Positions 10,231 through 20,585 of a stretch of DNA of 64,000 nt are shown piece after piece. A model generated the notes under the pieces. It saw only the letters and a list, made by a program, of their open reading frames with translations. It did not search any database and had not been told where the DNA came from. The stretch lies in the NCBI GenBank assembly GCA_000004985.1, contig GG738927.1; one strand, given 5' to 3'. The stretch is from Naegleria gruberi (taxonomy: Eukaryota). Position numbers and translations under genes: made by a program. The first letter of the stretch is position 1. Every line of letters starts with the position of its first letter.

Positions 10231-12517
10231 GCCTTTGTGTAAAGAAGGCTTGTTCAATAATTTGAAGGATCCTAATAACTGGATGTAGAAGAGTGATGAA
10301 GGAAATGCAAGTCCTATAATACCCAATATTATGTGTAATAGATGGATACTAATAGTATGGTAATCTCAATGAGTGTATGTCTAGTACTACTAGTAATGTT
10401 TTCTGTGTGGTTGGCCAATAAAAAGTATTGATATCGAGCTCTCGGAACAATTTTGAGCTCACTCTCTATTAAATTACAGCCTTGGTAATATAAACACAGC
10501 TGTTGCAATATGGTGTTACTGTCCACTGACTAGTTGAGCTGCAATTAGCTGTTGTTATTCTTGTTGATTTAGAGAAATTGATGTGCTCTAAATTAGTGCT
10601 ACTGTTGTTGCTGTGGTGGTGGTTGCCTACTTCGATGAGAGAGCAAATTGCTGACACAGAAGCCTTTTGAAAAAATGTGCGAGATAAAAACGGGAAACAC
10701 AGAATGGGACGTGTTACAGTTTTTTTTTCAAATTGGATTTTCCTGCAGCATTATTTGTGCTGGCTACTTTTGAAAGGATCTGCTGCATAAGCTGTTGATG
10801 CAGAGAAGTTTCCAAAATGTGATTTTTGGTTGCAAGCAGGAATGCTGCTGTGGTGATGGTAGTTACTGATACCCATCAACATTATCTATTCAATGCATTG
10901 ATCTTGTTGATGTTTAGAGTTGGTGGTGGTACAAGCTTGTAATGACAAAGGTAAATGGACTTGTTTGTTGAGGACAGTACGAAGTCACATCAAGGTGAAT
11001 GTGGAGTTGTTGGAACGACCACCAAATTTGACGAGGGGAATAATTGGTGATGTGCATTAACTTGAATGTTGTTACATCAACCACGTTATTATTCATTACA
11101 CGTGTCCTGCTCATTTAAATAGAATCTTGTAAGCTTGATTATTTATTGATAGAGAGAGCTAATTAACGATATAGAGAGAGAGTGTAGAGAGGTGGTAATA
11201 TGAAGGAGTAATTGGTGCGTTCAATCAATAAGATGGAAACACTTTTCCCTACCAGAATAAATGGTCACATTACATCATTCAACAGACCTGTATCTCTGTA
11301 ATATATAAGAGCACCGATTGATGATGGGCATGGTAAAATGTTATTGAACGAGGTCAATGACTAGTTGTGGGACTAGTCCTGTTGTGGTACTTTGATGTGA
11401 GCAATAATTGGAGTGAAAGAAGTAATGACACAATGTTATGAGACTTGAAGTAGTCAATATTTTGACGAGTTTATACAAGTGGAAAGGACATAAATGTATT
11501 GACCATAGTTTACAAAAAAATTAGTTCTTTAAATGAATTGTTACGATTTTTGTAGTCTGTGTTCAACATAGTGAAATACCCTCTTTGGCATTATCTGTAA
11601 TTAATTCTCATCTCTCTTGTTGTATACAATAATTATAGAGAGAGAATGTATTTTAACTGACTTTGTCATAGTGTGACTGGAATGTAAAGTATCCATATTT
11701 GTTAATTCCCTTTAGTATCGATTTACAGTTGTTTCAATCTAATCAGAGAACAAATTATATTTAAAAATTGTAGTTGAAGGTTTCGGTTGAATGTCTAATA
11801 ATATCCAATTAGTTTCTATTATTATTATTAATTTCTAAGTTGATGTTGCTTTTTGATTGAAGTTGTAAAATGAACTATTCAAAAATCCATAAAGATATTT
11901 TCCGTTATTGTCCCTTGCTTCTTCTTCTTATCCATTTTGAATGCAAATTTGCTCCACACAATATTATCTTCTTCTTCATCATGATGATTAAAATTCTTTT
12001 TCCATCACTAATTTTAATTTTAATTTTATTATTTAATATGTCTCGGAGCTTTCCAATTTTTGAACCAAATATTCTTAAATATCTCCACCTGTGAGGGAAG
12101 AATTATCTCGATTAAAATCCTTAATTTTGAATCATCCAACAATTATTATTAAAATTAGCAACAACACAACAGGTTCATTCTCCACAATAAATTTCATTCA
12201 CCATCATCAGCACGCAGCAGGCACCATTAAATTTTAATTATTTTATTAGGCTTCATTTTTTTGTGAAGCCTTTGTTCAAGCCTCCGTATTGTTGAAGGAA
12301 GGAGCAGCTATCATCTTCGTCAACCAAAAATCATCACAAAAAAAGTGAAAGAAAAAATAACTGCAAATCATTATACTGATCACCTTTTACATCATCAAAA
12401 AATTAAAACGGTTGCTTTATAATACAAATAATTTATTTTTGCTCTCTGGAATTTTAAATCAGAGAGAATAATTTAATATAAATTTTCTAATTGCTAAATA
12501 TTTATTATTGGATTGAA

Positions 12518-15500
12518 ATGCCAAGAAGAAAAACAATTGATGATGAGGTTGATGAAACATATGAAGATGAATATGATAGTCAATCCTCAGATAATGTTTC
12601 GGATCTAGTTGAAGATGAGGATTCTACACAATCATCAAAACAATCACGAAATGAACCAACACAAAGTGGTCCAAAAAAGAGAGGAAGAAAACCAAAAAAC
12701 GAATCTGGAGTTAAAACAACAAAAACTAAAAAAGCACCAACTGGTAGACCACGTGGAAGACCTAGAAAGAATCCTATTCCACCTTTAACAGTTAAAAATG
12801 ATTCACCAACTCCTTCTTCACCTTCTGGTGGTGTTGGTGGTAGTGGTGGTGGAGAAAATCAATTTGATAGTCTTTTATCACTTGGGCAAGCAGCTCTTTT
12901 AGCTTTAACTACAGTATCTGATGTTAAAACTGAGGATGATAATTCTTCTACAGTACCTTCTTCTCCAGCAACACCTTTATATCCTTTAAAAAAACGTTTT
13001 CTTGCTCAGTCAAATGTAACTCCAACTCTGGAAAAGGAAACTTTGGTTGTTGAAAAAGTGGAAAAACCTGAAATTAAACAACAGGCAGTTTGTTCATCAC
13101 CTGCTCAACCTGTTAAAAGAAGACCAGGTAGACCTAGAAAGGATCAACAGACAACACCTCAAATTATACAACCATCATCAATACATGAAACAAAAGAATC
13201 TCACAAGGATGAATCAGATGCTAAGAAAATGACAAGTAGACAACAAATATTATATCTTAAAAAATTAGAAGAGAAACGAGAAAGTGATTCTGATGAATCA
13301 ACTCATGAAAAGGAAAAAAATAATTACAATGACAAGGAAGATGATATATCTCTAGAATTTGACAGTGATGAGTCTGAAGAGGAAAAAAAGAAACCTAAGA
13401 GAAAAGTTTTGAAGAAGAAGGCTTATTCTTCTCCATGGATGAAAGTTGAGAAAATAACTGTCAAACACAAAGGAAAAGTTATTGGAAATTTTGATGTTTC
13501 TCTTTTTGGATCTGAAGAATCTTTTACACTTGATGTTGGTTCAACAATTGATGTTGGTAAATTATCATTAGAAAAGGCTAAAGATATGGATTATTCCTCT
13601 TTTTATATTTTATCCTTCTCATCGAGGAGTAAATCTGAAGAAGACAAACTTGAAGATTTATATAACACTTTAGAAAGAGATGATTATGTTGGCAGTGTTT
13701 CTTTTGATGATAGAGTTTTATTACTTATACCTAAAAAGAGTAGATTTACAAAACCACTAGGACTTTATGAAATACAGGATGAACCAAATAAGTTTATTGG
13801 AGGTTTATTTATGAAAGAAGTACCATCTAGTCCTGAAAGAGTTTCTAAAAAGAAATCAAAATCATCTTCTAGTGCTTTTATTAGCACACCTAAGTCACCT
13901 ATTTTATTCACATCTGGTATGGATGAAGATTTAAAGAGAAATCAACTTTCTCTCATGTCAATACCAAAAATTCCTAAGAATAAGCAAGTAAGCAGCAATA
14001 GTGGTGCAAGTGGAGATAATACTCCAGTTGAAGATGTGAAACCAGAGTCTATTTCATTAACAACAACAACACCAATTTCTATACCTCCTCCTAGTTCAAA
14101 CTTTACCACCTCTCACATCAACACACCATCATCATCTATTAATTATCCTCCTCAAATTGATAATAGAAATAATGCCTTCTCAAATGTAATAAGACTTCAA
14201 AACTCCAGTACTCCACTTCAATCGAATCAAGTTTATACTTCATCGATGTATAATATGTCTAAGAATCCAGAAGTTAATACAGGTTTGATTGTGACTCCAA
14301 ATGGTCATTACGATAAACCAATGGTTGAACCTCCTCAATCATCTTATCCATCAACAATGAATAGCGGTAGATATCAAGACACAGGTTATTCAATGCAAGA
14401 TCAATATCATTCTTCCAATTATTCTCATATGCAACAAAATATTCCATCAAGTTATTATGATAATTATGATAATGATTTAAAGAGAAAGAGAATGCAAAAT
14501 TTCAATGATCCTAATCGAACTGTATCTCCAAAGAGAAGAAAGAGTGATGTTCCATATCATTCACAATATTCCTATCAACAACAATCACATGTTGTTGATC
14601 AACATTCAATACCATCTTCAACCTCTTCACAACCACCACCACCAATGGATATGTATAGATCCTATCCTCCTCCTCCATCCAAACCACAACCACCACCACC
14701 AATAACAACAACAACACCAACTACTAGTATTCAACCTCCACCTCCACCACCTCCACCTACTAATTCATCTGCTACTTCAGTTGTACCAAATTCAAATCAA
14801 ACTCATTCATATAGTTCAAGATTTAATCAATCCTATACTCATAATTCATATCAACAATCAATTCCTCCACCAAGAAGAACTGATACTCAGAATACTAATA
14901 ATTATGGATATAATTCTAAACCTACTTATAATACACCTCCTTCCAAACAACAACAACAACAATATTACAAGAATGATGGAGATTATGATAATTATGATCG
15001 TCAACGTTCATATAAAAAGTATGATGATAGATATCAAGGAAATGGTGGAATGAATTCTTATTCAAGAAGAACAGATTACATGTCTTATGATAATGATTAT
15101 TTCTATAGAAAATCTCATTATGATAATTCAAGAAGATATGATTCAACTTCAAGCACTGCAATTCCACCACCACCTCCACCACCACCTGAAACACCAAAAG
15201 ATGTTTCAATTGGAAATGATAATCGTACTTCTCCAAATGAAGTAGATGATTATAATGATGTTGGATTTGATGAAGCTGCTGAACCAACAAGACATTTATG
15301 GGTTGGTAGATTCCATAATATGAAAATGGATTATTCTACAATTTATAGTGATTTTGAAAAGTTTGGACAAATTGATAGTTTGAATTTATTACGTGATCAA
15401 AAATGTGCATTTGTTAATTTTGCACTTGTTAAAGATGCAGTAAGAGCAAAGAAAGAGTTGGAAGGAACTAAAAAGTACAAAAAGATTGCCTATCAAAGAA

Positions 15501-15637
15501 GAGAGAAAAAGACAAGTTATTCTTCAGATTATAAGAAGGGAATGATGCCATCATCATCATCATCTTCTTATGGACAACAGAGGAATGATCATAATAATAA
15601 TAATAATGGATATCATAATGAATCATCATATCATTAA
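12518..15637 (+). CDS. Large nuclear protein with N-terminal AT-hooks, Pro-rich regions and a C-terminal RRM
   Basis: The ORF in the track starts at TTG (12491); the first ATG is at 12518 (MPRRKTIDDE). AT-hook motifs are KKRGRKPK, GRPRGRPRKNP and RRPGRPRKD. The C-terminal RRM reads HLWVGRFHNMKMDYSTIYSDFEKFGQIDSLNLLRDQKCAFVNFALVKDAVRAKKEL, with an RNP1-like KCAFVNF. Poly-P and PPPP tracts are present. Confidence 0.65.
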   Translation: MPRRKTIDDEVDETYEDEYDSQSSDNVSDLVEDEDSTQSSKQSRNEPTQSGPKKRGRKPKNESGVKTTKTKKAPTGRPRGRPRKNPIPPLTVKNDSPTPSSPSGGVGGSGGGENQFDSLLSLGQAALLALTTVSDVKTEDDNSSTVPSSPATPLYPLKKRFLAQSNVTPTLEKETLVVEKVEKPEIKQQAVCSSPAQPVKRRPGRPRKDQQTTPQIIQPSSIHETKESHKDESDAKKMTSRQQILYLKKLEEKRESDSDESTHEKEKNNYNDKEDDISLEFDSDESEEEKKKPKRKVLKKKAYSSPWMKVEKITVKHKGKVIGNFDVSLFGSEESFTLDVGSTIDVGKLSLEKAKDMDYSSFYILSFSSRSKSEEDKLEDLYNTLERDDYVGSVSFDDRVLLLIPKKSRFTKPLGLYEIQDEPNKFIGGLFMKEVPSSPERVSKKKSKSSSSAFISTPKSPILFTSGMDEDLKRNQLSLMSIPKIPKNKQVSSNSGASGDNTPVEDVKPESISLTTTTPISIPPPSSNFTTSHINTPSSSINYPPQIDNRNNAFSNVIRLQNSSTPLQSNQVYTSSMYNMSKNPEVNTGLIVTPNGHYDKPMVEPPQSSYPSTMNSGRYQDTGYSMQDQYHSSNYSHMQQNIPSSYYDNYDNDLKRKRMQNFNDPNRTVSPKRRKSDVPYHSQYSYQQQSHVVDQHSIPSSTSSQPPPPMDMYRSYPPPPSKPQPPPPITTTTPTTSIQPPPPPPPPTNSSATSVVPNSNQTHSYSSRFNQSYTHNSYQQSIPPPRRTDTQNTNNYGYNSKPTYNTPPSKQQQQQYYKNDGDYDNYDRQRSYKKYDDRYQGNGGMNSYSRRTDYMSYDNDYFYRKSHYDNSRRYDSTSSTAIPPPPPPPPETPKDVSIGNDNRTSPNEVDDYNDVGFDEAAEPTRHLWVGRFHNMKMDYSTIYSDFEKFGQIDSLNLLRDQKCAFVNFALVKDAVRAKKELEGTKKYKKIAYQRREKKTSYSSDYKKGMMPSSSSSSYGQQRNDHNNNNNGYHNESSYH

Positions 15638-15794
15638 AATAAATTATCTCTTTAAATCTTTGAAAATTCAATGTTTGATTGACTATCATTTGTCAGTCAC
15701 CACATTATAATTTTAAAAAAAAATAGTCGAAACTAATAGCTCATCATCATTCACTTCGGAATAATATTATCAATTTTAAAAAATAATAGCAAAG

Positions 15795-17024
15795 ATGAAT
15801 CAATTACAAGAAGATAATTATTATGAAATATTAAAATATTTAGATTTTAAAGACTTGTTATTAAATTGTACACTTGTTTGTAAAATGTGGAATTTTATTA
15901 TTAATGAAAAATTAAAATTTGGAATTTCAATTAATCATGAAAAAGTATTAAAAAAATTTCAATCTTCAATTTCATGTTTTAAATTTGTAAATTCATTAAA
16001 ATCTAATTGTTTCAAACATGACATGTTGGATAAATTTACAAATTTGGAATATTTAAAACTTTCATGTCAGGAAAATATTCATACAAAAATAATTGAATTT
16101 AAAAATTTAAAATATTTAAATATAAAATATGTTAAAATTAATTTGGAAAAATTTGAACAAATTTGTAAAAATTTAAAATATTTAAAATCATTTAAATTTC
16201 AAAATTCTCTTCCAATTAGTGATTGTATTAATATATTAATTAAATACTTACCAAATATAGAGAATACAAATCTTACTAATGTTGGAAGTGATGAAATTAA
16301 CTTATTAACAAATTTAAAAAATTTAAAAAATTTAAATTTAAAAAATATTAAAAATGAAGGTTTTGAATTAATTTGTAATTCATTTAAAAATTTAAATTCT
16401 TTAAAATTACCAGATAATTCAATTTCAAATTTCAAATCAATTACTAATTTAGTAAATTTAACAAAATTATCAATTGATTCAAATATGGAAATTAATCAAA
16501 ATATGGAATTTATTTGTAAATTAATTAAATTACAATATTTAAATTTAAATTATTCTTTAATTACAACAGAAAATGTTCAATTAATTTGTAATTCTTTAAA
16601 AAATTTAAATTATTTATCTTTAAAAGCAAACAAATTAAAAAATGATTCAATTAAATTTATTAAAAATTTAAATCAATTAACAAATTTAAATTTAGAAACT
16701 AATTTATTAGAAAATGATTCAATTCAATATTTAAATGAATTAAAAAATTTAAAAGTATTAGATTTGGGTGAAAATAACATTTCTGGTGAAGGAATGAAAA
16801 ATTTAAATCTACCTAATTTAGAATCATTTTCTATATTTAGTAATTATATTGGAGATGATGGTGCTCAATATATTAGTGAAAATTTAATTAATTTGACAAG
16901 TTTATGTATTAGAAAATGTTTCATGTCTGAACAAGGAGTAAAATATTTAAAATCATTAAAATATTTAATAGATTTATCAATTGATCCACATTTGGATGAT
17001 GAATTTTATGAAGATTATTATTAG
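15795..17024 (+). CDS. F-box/LRR-repeat protein
   Basis: N-terminal F-box YYEILKYLDFKDLLLNCTLVCKMWNFIINEKL, followed by about 12 LRRs of the LxxLxxLxLxxN type. Confidence 0.7.
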   Translation: MNQLQEDNYYEILKYLDFKDLLLNCTLVCKMWNFIINEKLKFGISINHEKVLKKFQSSISCFKFVNSLKSNCFKHDMLDKFTNLEYLKLSCQENIHTKIIEFKNLKYLNIKYVKINLEKFEQICKNLKYLKSFKFQNSLPISDCINILIKYLPNIENTNLTNVGSDEINLLTNLKNLKNLNLKNIKNEGFELICNSFKNLNSLKLPDNSISNFKSITNLVNLTKLSIDSNMEINQNMEFICKLIKLQYLNLNYSLITTENVQLICNSLKNLNYLSLKANKLKNDSIKFIKNLNQLTNLNLETNLLENDSIQYLNELKNLKVLDLGENNISGEGMKNLNLPNLESFSIFSNYIGDDGAQYISENLINLTSLCIRKCFMSEQGVKYLKSLKYLIDLSIDPHLDDEFYEDYY

Positions 17025-17172
17025 TATTATATGAAGATTGATAATTTATTCTAAAATAAATTTTTGTTCTTCTTTAATTTATTTATCTATTAAAAATTGA
17101 TTCATAAAATAAATAAGCATACTATACTTAACCTTAATATCAAATCAAGAATACATACTTTGTGAATGTGAA

Positions 17173-17243
17173 GCGTCGATGGTTTAGTGGTAGAATACGG
17201 CGTTGCCATCGCCGTGACCCGGGTTCAATTCCCGGTCGACGCA
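17173..17243 (+). tRNA. tRNA-Gly (anticodon GCC)
   Basis: GCGTCGATGGTTTAGTGGTAGAATACGGCGTTGCCATCGCCGTGACCCGGGTTCAATTCCCGGTCGACGCA. The anticodon loop TTGCCAT gives GCC. The acceptor stem pairs GCGTCGA with TCGACGC. Confidence 0.9.
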
Positions 17244-17872
17244 GAAATTATTTTGCATTTCAATACCTTTTCATTTTCTCTTTTTCAAAGTTATACCACT
17301 AAAGCTTGGCATATATCACTATCTGAAAATCAAAAATAACATGTTTAAACTCAATATCCATCGAGAAAGAGTCCTCAGTTTTGGACACAATTTTTATTGA
17401 TTTTTTTATCTGTTTAAACTGTAAAAAAATCAAGTGAGAGAAGATAAGTTTTTGTTAAATAATAACCTCCAATTGATTGTTTTTTTATCGATTTTTCATT
17501 TCTATTTGGTAAATTGTTAATTATTCTTAATTTTGTTTGCTTAGCTCTGTATCCATCATGTTAATTCAGTGCTTTCTTCATGAATATGAAAAATCGTGAT
17601 AGATTCACATTGTAGTAGTAGATCTTCCAGAATGTCTGTTTATTCTTCAAGAATTTAAGCTATTAGGTCTTCTTCCTTAGTATTGTTATGGCTTTCACTA
17701 GATAACCAACATTGTAAACAAGTAAAAAGAGAATAAACACCAAAAGCCAAATAACCATCACAACAATTCAGTTGTGTGAAAATTGGATACAATTACCCAG
17801 TTTATCCAAAATTCACCGATCCTCCTCTTCCTTTTTACTGTCAAATCCATTATTCCACAGAGAAAAAAATCA

Positions 17873-18655
17873 ATGCGACCAACAACACTCCAATCACTCT
17901 CAGTATTACTTCTGATAACAATTGTACTCTACATTATTAATTGCATTACTATCAAGGCAAAGGCAAATAATAATTCAATTATTTTGGATGAAGGAAAATT
18001 TGTAAAATTACTAAGACATGGTCAAGCCTATCATAATTTATTAGGTGATGCAAATATTAGAGATCCAACACTTACTCCGAAAGGAATTGAACAATCACGT
18101 CAAGTTAATTCTTTATTTGTGGAAGTGAATGATCAATTAAATACTCATTACAATAATATTAAAGAATTGGAATTTAGAAAGTATTTAATTATTGTATCAC
18201 CATTAAAGAGAACTATTGAAACTGCTATTTATGCTTTATCTGCTCAATTTATAAAAATTGATGGAAAATGTAATACATTGAAAGATTGTATTAAAGTATT
18301 ACAAAAATATAATATTAAATTATTATTACAACCTTTAATACAAGAAAGAGAAGCAGGTAAATTACCATGTGATACAGGTGTTGAATTGAAACAATTGGAC
18401 GAAGAATTTTATCAACATGAATTTAATATTTTAAATACTACTTTTATGGAAAGTAAATGGTATGAACCAAAAATGGAAATTAGAGAAAGAATGGAAAAAT
18501 TTAAATATTGGCTTGATTCATTGAATGATAGTAATAATATTATTATATTTACTCATCATGGATTTTTAATGGAATTGACAAATGGAATGGAATTTGAAAA
18601 TTGTGAAATGAAAAAATTTGTATTTAAAGAAATGAAATTAATTCCAACAATGTAA
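17873..18655 (+). CDS. Histidine phosphatase superfamily protein (phosphoglycerate-mutase-like branch) with an N-terminal signal anchor
   Basis: The first ATG is at 17873 (MRPTTLQSLSVLLLITIVLYII...). The catalytic RHG motif appears in LLRHGQAYHN. SPLKRTIETA matches the SPLxRAxQTA pattern. A second His lies in IFTHHGF. Confidence 0.7.
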   Translation: MRPTTLQSLSVLLLITIVLYIINCITIKAKANNNSIILDEGKFVKLLRHGQAYHNLLGDANIRDPTLTPKGIEQSRQVNSLFVEVNDQLNTHYNNIKELEFRKYLIIVSPLKRTIETAIYALSAQFIKIDGKCNTLKDCIKVLQKYNIKLLLQPLIQEREAGKLPCDTGVELKQLDEEFYQHEFNILNTTFMESKWYEPKMEIRERMEKFKYWLDSLNDSNNIIIFTHHGFLMELTNGMEFENCEMKKFVFKEMKLIPTM

Positions 18656-18785
18656 ATTGTATATAACTAGTTATTAATCATTAATAAACTATAGATGTAG
18701 TTCTATTATCACGGTAGTAACACAAAATATCACAAATTAATTGTTAAAAAAATAAATTATTGTGTTTACGGGATAATTTAAAAAA

Positions 18786-18903
18786 GACTACAGCACCACA
18801 GGTTCCCAAGTTGTCTCCAACCTCAGTACTGATGTGGCTCGACGATGCTTAACTTCTCAAATCGGACGGGATGAGGTGCATTCATCGTGATATGGCCGTA
18901 GCC
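18786..18903 (-). rRNA. 5S rRNA gene, copy 1
   Basis: The reverse complement reads GGCTACGGCCATATCACGATGAATGCACCTCATCCCGTCCGATTTGAGAAGTTAAGCATCGTCGAGCCACATCAGTACTGAGGTTGGAGACAACTTGGGAACCTGTGGTGCTGTAGTC followed by TTTTT. It matches the eukaryotic 5S consensus (GCCTACGGCCATACCAC...GGTGCTGTAGGC). Helix I closes. A T-run terminator is present. Confidence 0.85.
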
Positions 18904-18964
18904 ATTCATTACATTAAAATGTGAAATATAAAAAATATGAAACCATTTTTATTAATATAATTTA

Positions 18965-19879
18965 TTAATATTTTAAATCTAATAATTCTAAATTGGAAAT
19001 TTCATTCATTCCACTATCAGAAATTTCACTTGAATAAACTTCAAGTTGTTTGAGTTTCTTTAATTTTGCAAAATGAAGGATTGAATCTCCGATAATATTG
19101 TGACTAACCTTTAATACTATTAAATTACTCAATTTGGAAATATTTATAAATGCTTCGGAAGTTAATTTGCATTCATTAACATTTAAATGTTCTAATTTAA
19201 ATAAATTATTACAAATTTCCATTGATAGAAATGAATTATCAATATTATTATTGTGAAAATCTAAAAATGTTAAATTTGTCAAATTAGAAATTGAATTTCC
19301 AGAATTGGAAATTAAATTATATCCAGTGGAAAGAAATTTCAATTTTTTCAAATTTGAACATATTTGATAAAAACCTTCATTTCCAATATTATTATCACCA
19401 ATTGATAAACTTGTTAAATTTCCTAATTTGGAAATTTCCTTAGCCCCCTCATCCGTTATATTATTGCACCAAACATCAAGACTTTGTAATGTTTGAATAC
19501 TAGCCAATAACTTTGCACCCTCAACACCAAGTTTACTCCAACAAACATTTAAACTCGTAATATTAGCAATTCTACTAGAAATGTAAAGAAGGCTAGTTAT
19601 CGGTTTGGAATATAAATTAAAATGATATGAAACTCTATTAAATATTAACCAATTAAATTGTTTGCAAGTGAGCGAACATGCAGAGATTAATTGTTTCTTA
19701 TTAAGGAATTGAAAAATTTCACACCACAAATCATCACAAATATATTTAGTGGTGGTATTAATATTACTATAATTATTTGTATTATTATTGGTAGTAGTAT
19801 TAATAAATGATAATTCGTACAACATTTTTAGAGTTTGAGAATTTGAATTTTTGGTTTTTTTTCTAAGAATTTCGTTCAC
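18965..19879 (-). CDS. F-box/LRR protein (RNI-like LRRs)
   Basis: F-box-like YICDDLWCEIFQFLNKKQLISACSLTCKQFNWLIF. LRRs of the ribonuclease-inhibitor type follow (NNITDEGAKEISKLGNLTSLSIGDNNIGNEGF...). The real ATG is probably about 19825. Confidence 0.6.
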   Translation of the reverse strand: MNEILRKKTKNSNSQTLKMLYELSFINTTTNNNTNNYSNINTTTKYICDDLWCEIFQFLNKKQLISACSLTCKQFNWLIFNRVSYHFNLYSKPITSLLYISSRIANITSLNVCWSKLGVEGAKLLASIQTLQSLDVWCNNITDEGAKEISKLGNLTSLSIGDNNIGNEGFYQICSNLKKLKFLSTGYNLISNSGNSISNLTNLTFLDFHNNNIDNSFLSMEICNNLFKLEHLNVNECKLTSEAFINISKLSNLIVLKVSHNIIGDSILHFAKLKKLKQLEVYSSEISDSGMNEISNLELLDLKY

Positions 19880-20585
19880 AACATGAGTTTGCCTTAATAT
19901 TGATCATATTTTCATGTTGTTAATTATGTATCTAAGATGGGACCTTAGAATCTCACAATCCTATGGATAATAACAATTAATTCAAAAGAATGTTATGTAT
20001 TATCTATTTTTAAAACATTATGTTGAAGTCTAAATTTCAATATTGAAAACTGTTGATTAATTTAGAAACCAACAAAACCACAATAACAATTTTATTTTCT
20101 CTCTTCTCCATTCCAACACCATATTTTACGACTAGATATATTGAGAATTACAAATAGTTACCATTAAATGGAACAACAGACCAGCAAGTCAGTAATCTCC
20201 CTGAGGAGATTACTTACTACTGGTAAAGTAGTTGGGAATGGGGAGAAAGGATTTAAAAGAAGTCCTTACTCAACATATCCCGATAAGATGAACTGTATGT
20301 AATTCTTTTGCATATTTTTATAAATTTAATTTTATAAAAAATAAAAGGAAATTAAATTGTCCGTCTGTGGAATGTAGACGAAACTTGTAATTTTGATTAA
20401 ATTCTTCAATATTGAGACTGAGGAGAAAATAGTTCAAGAATGAAGATTTCATTTTTGAATATTCGAATCGATTTTCACAACTCCTCAAGTCCTGTGAATT
20501 CTCAATGTGAGCTTTTCATTAATTTTCCTATCTGAAAGTTAAAAAATTTTCCTTTTCACAACCGAAACAAACAAGAAAAAACGAA

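Noticed and set aside
10117-12490. Dictyostelium class I RNA (conserved CCUUACAGCAA motif with upstream DUSE) or snRNA genes (U1, U2, U4, U5, U6) in ORF-free blocks
   Set aside because: I scanned the ORF-poor blocks (2220-4900, 7500-9000, 10150-12490, 17250-17780, 19880-20580, 28310-29160, 40230-41040, 51850-52900, 58000-59330) by eye for these signature motifs and found none. This does not exclude other ncRNAs.
13047-15290. Short ORFs on both strands inside the AT-hook/RRM gene (13047..13232, 14505..14720, 14781..15290)
   Set aside because: They are alternative-frame or antisense artefacts of repetitive CAA/AAT/CCA codon runs. The 1048-aa frame is the coherent one, carrying AT-hooks and an RRM.
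20190-20213. 9-bp stem / 6-nt loop hairpin gtaatctcc-ctgagg-ggagattac in the promoter region of the PQ-loop gene
   Set aside because: A short stem like this is easily produced by chance and has no accompanying conserved motif. It is noted but not scored.
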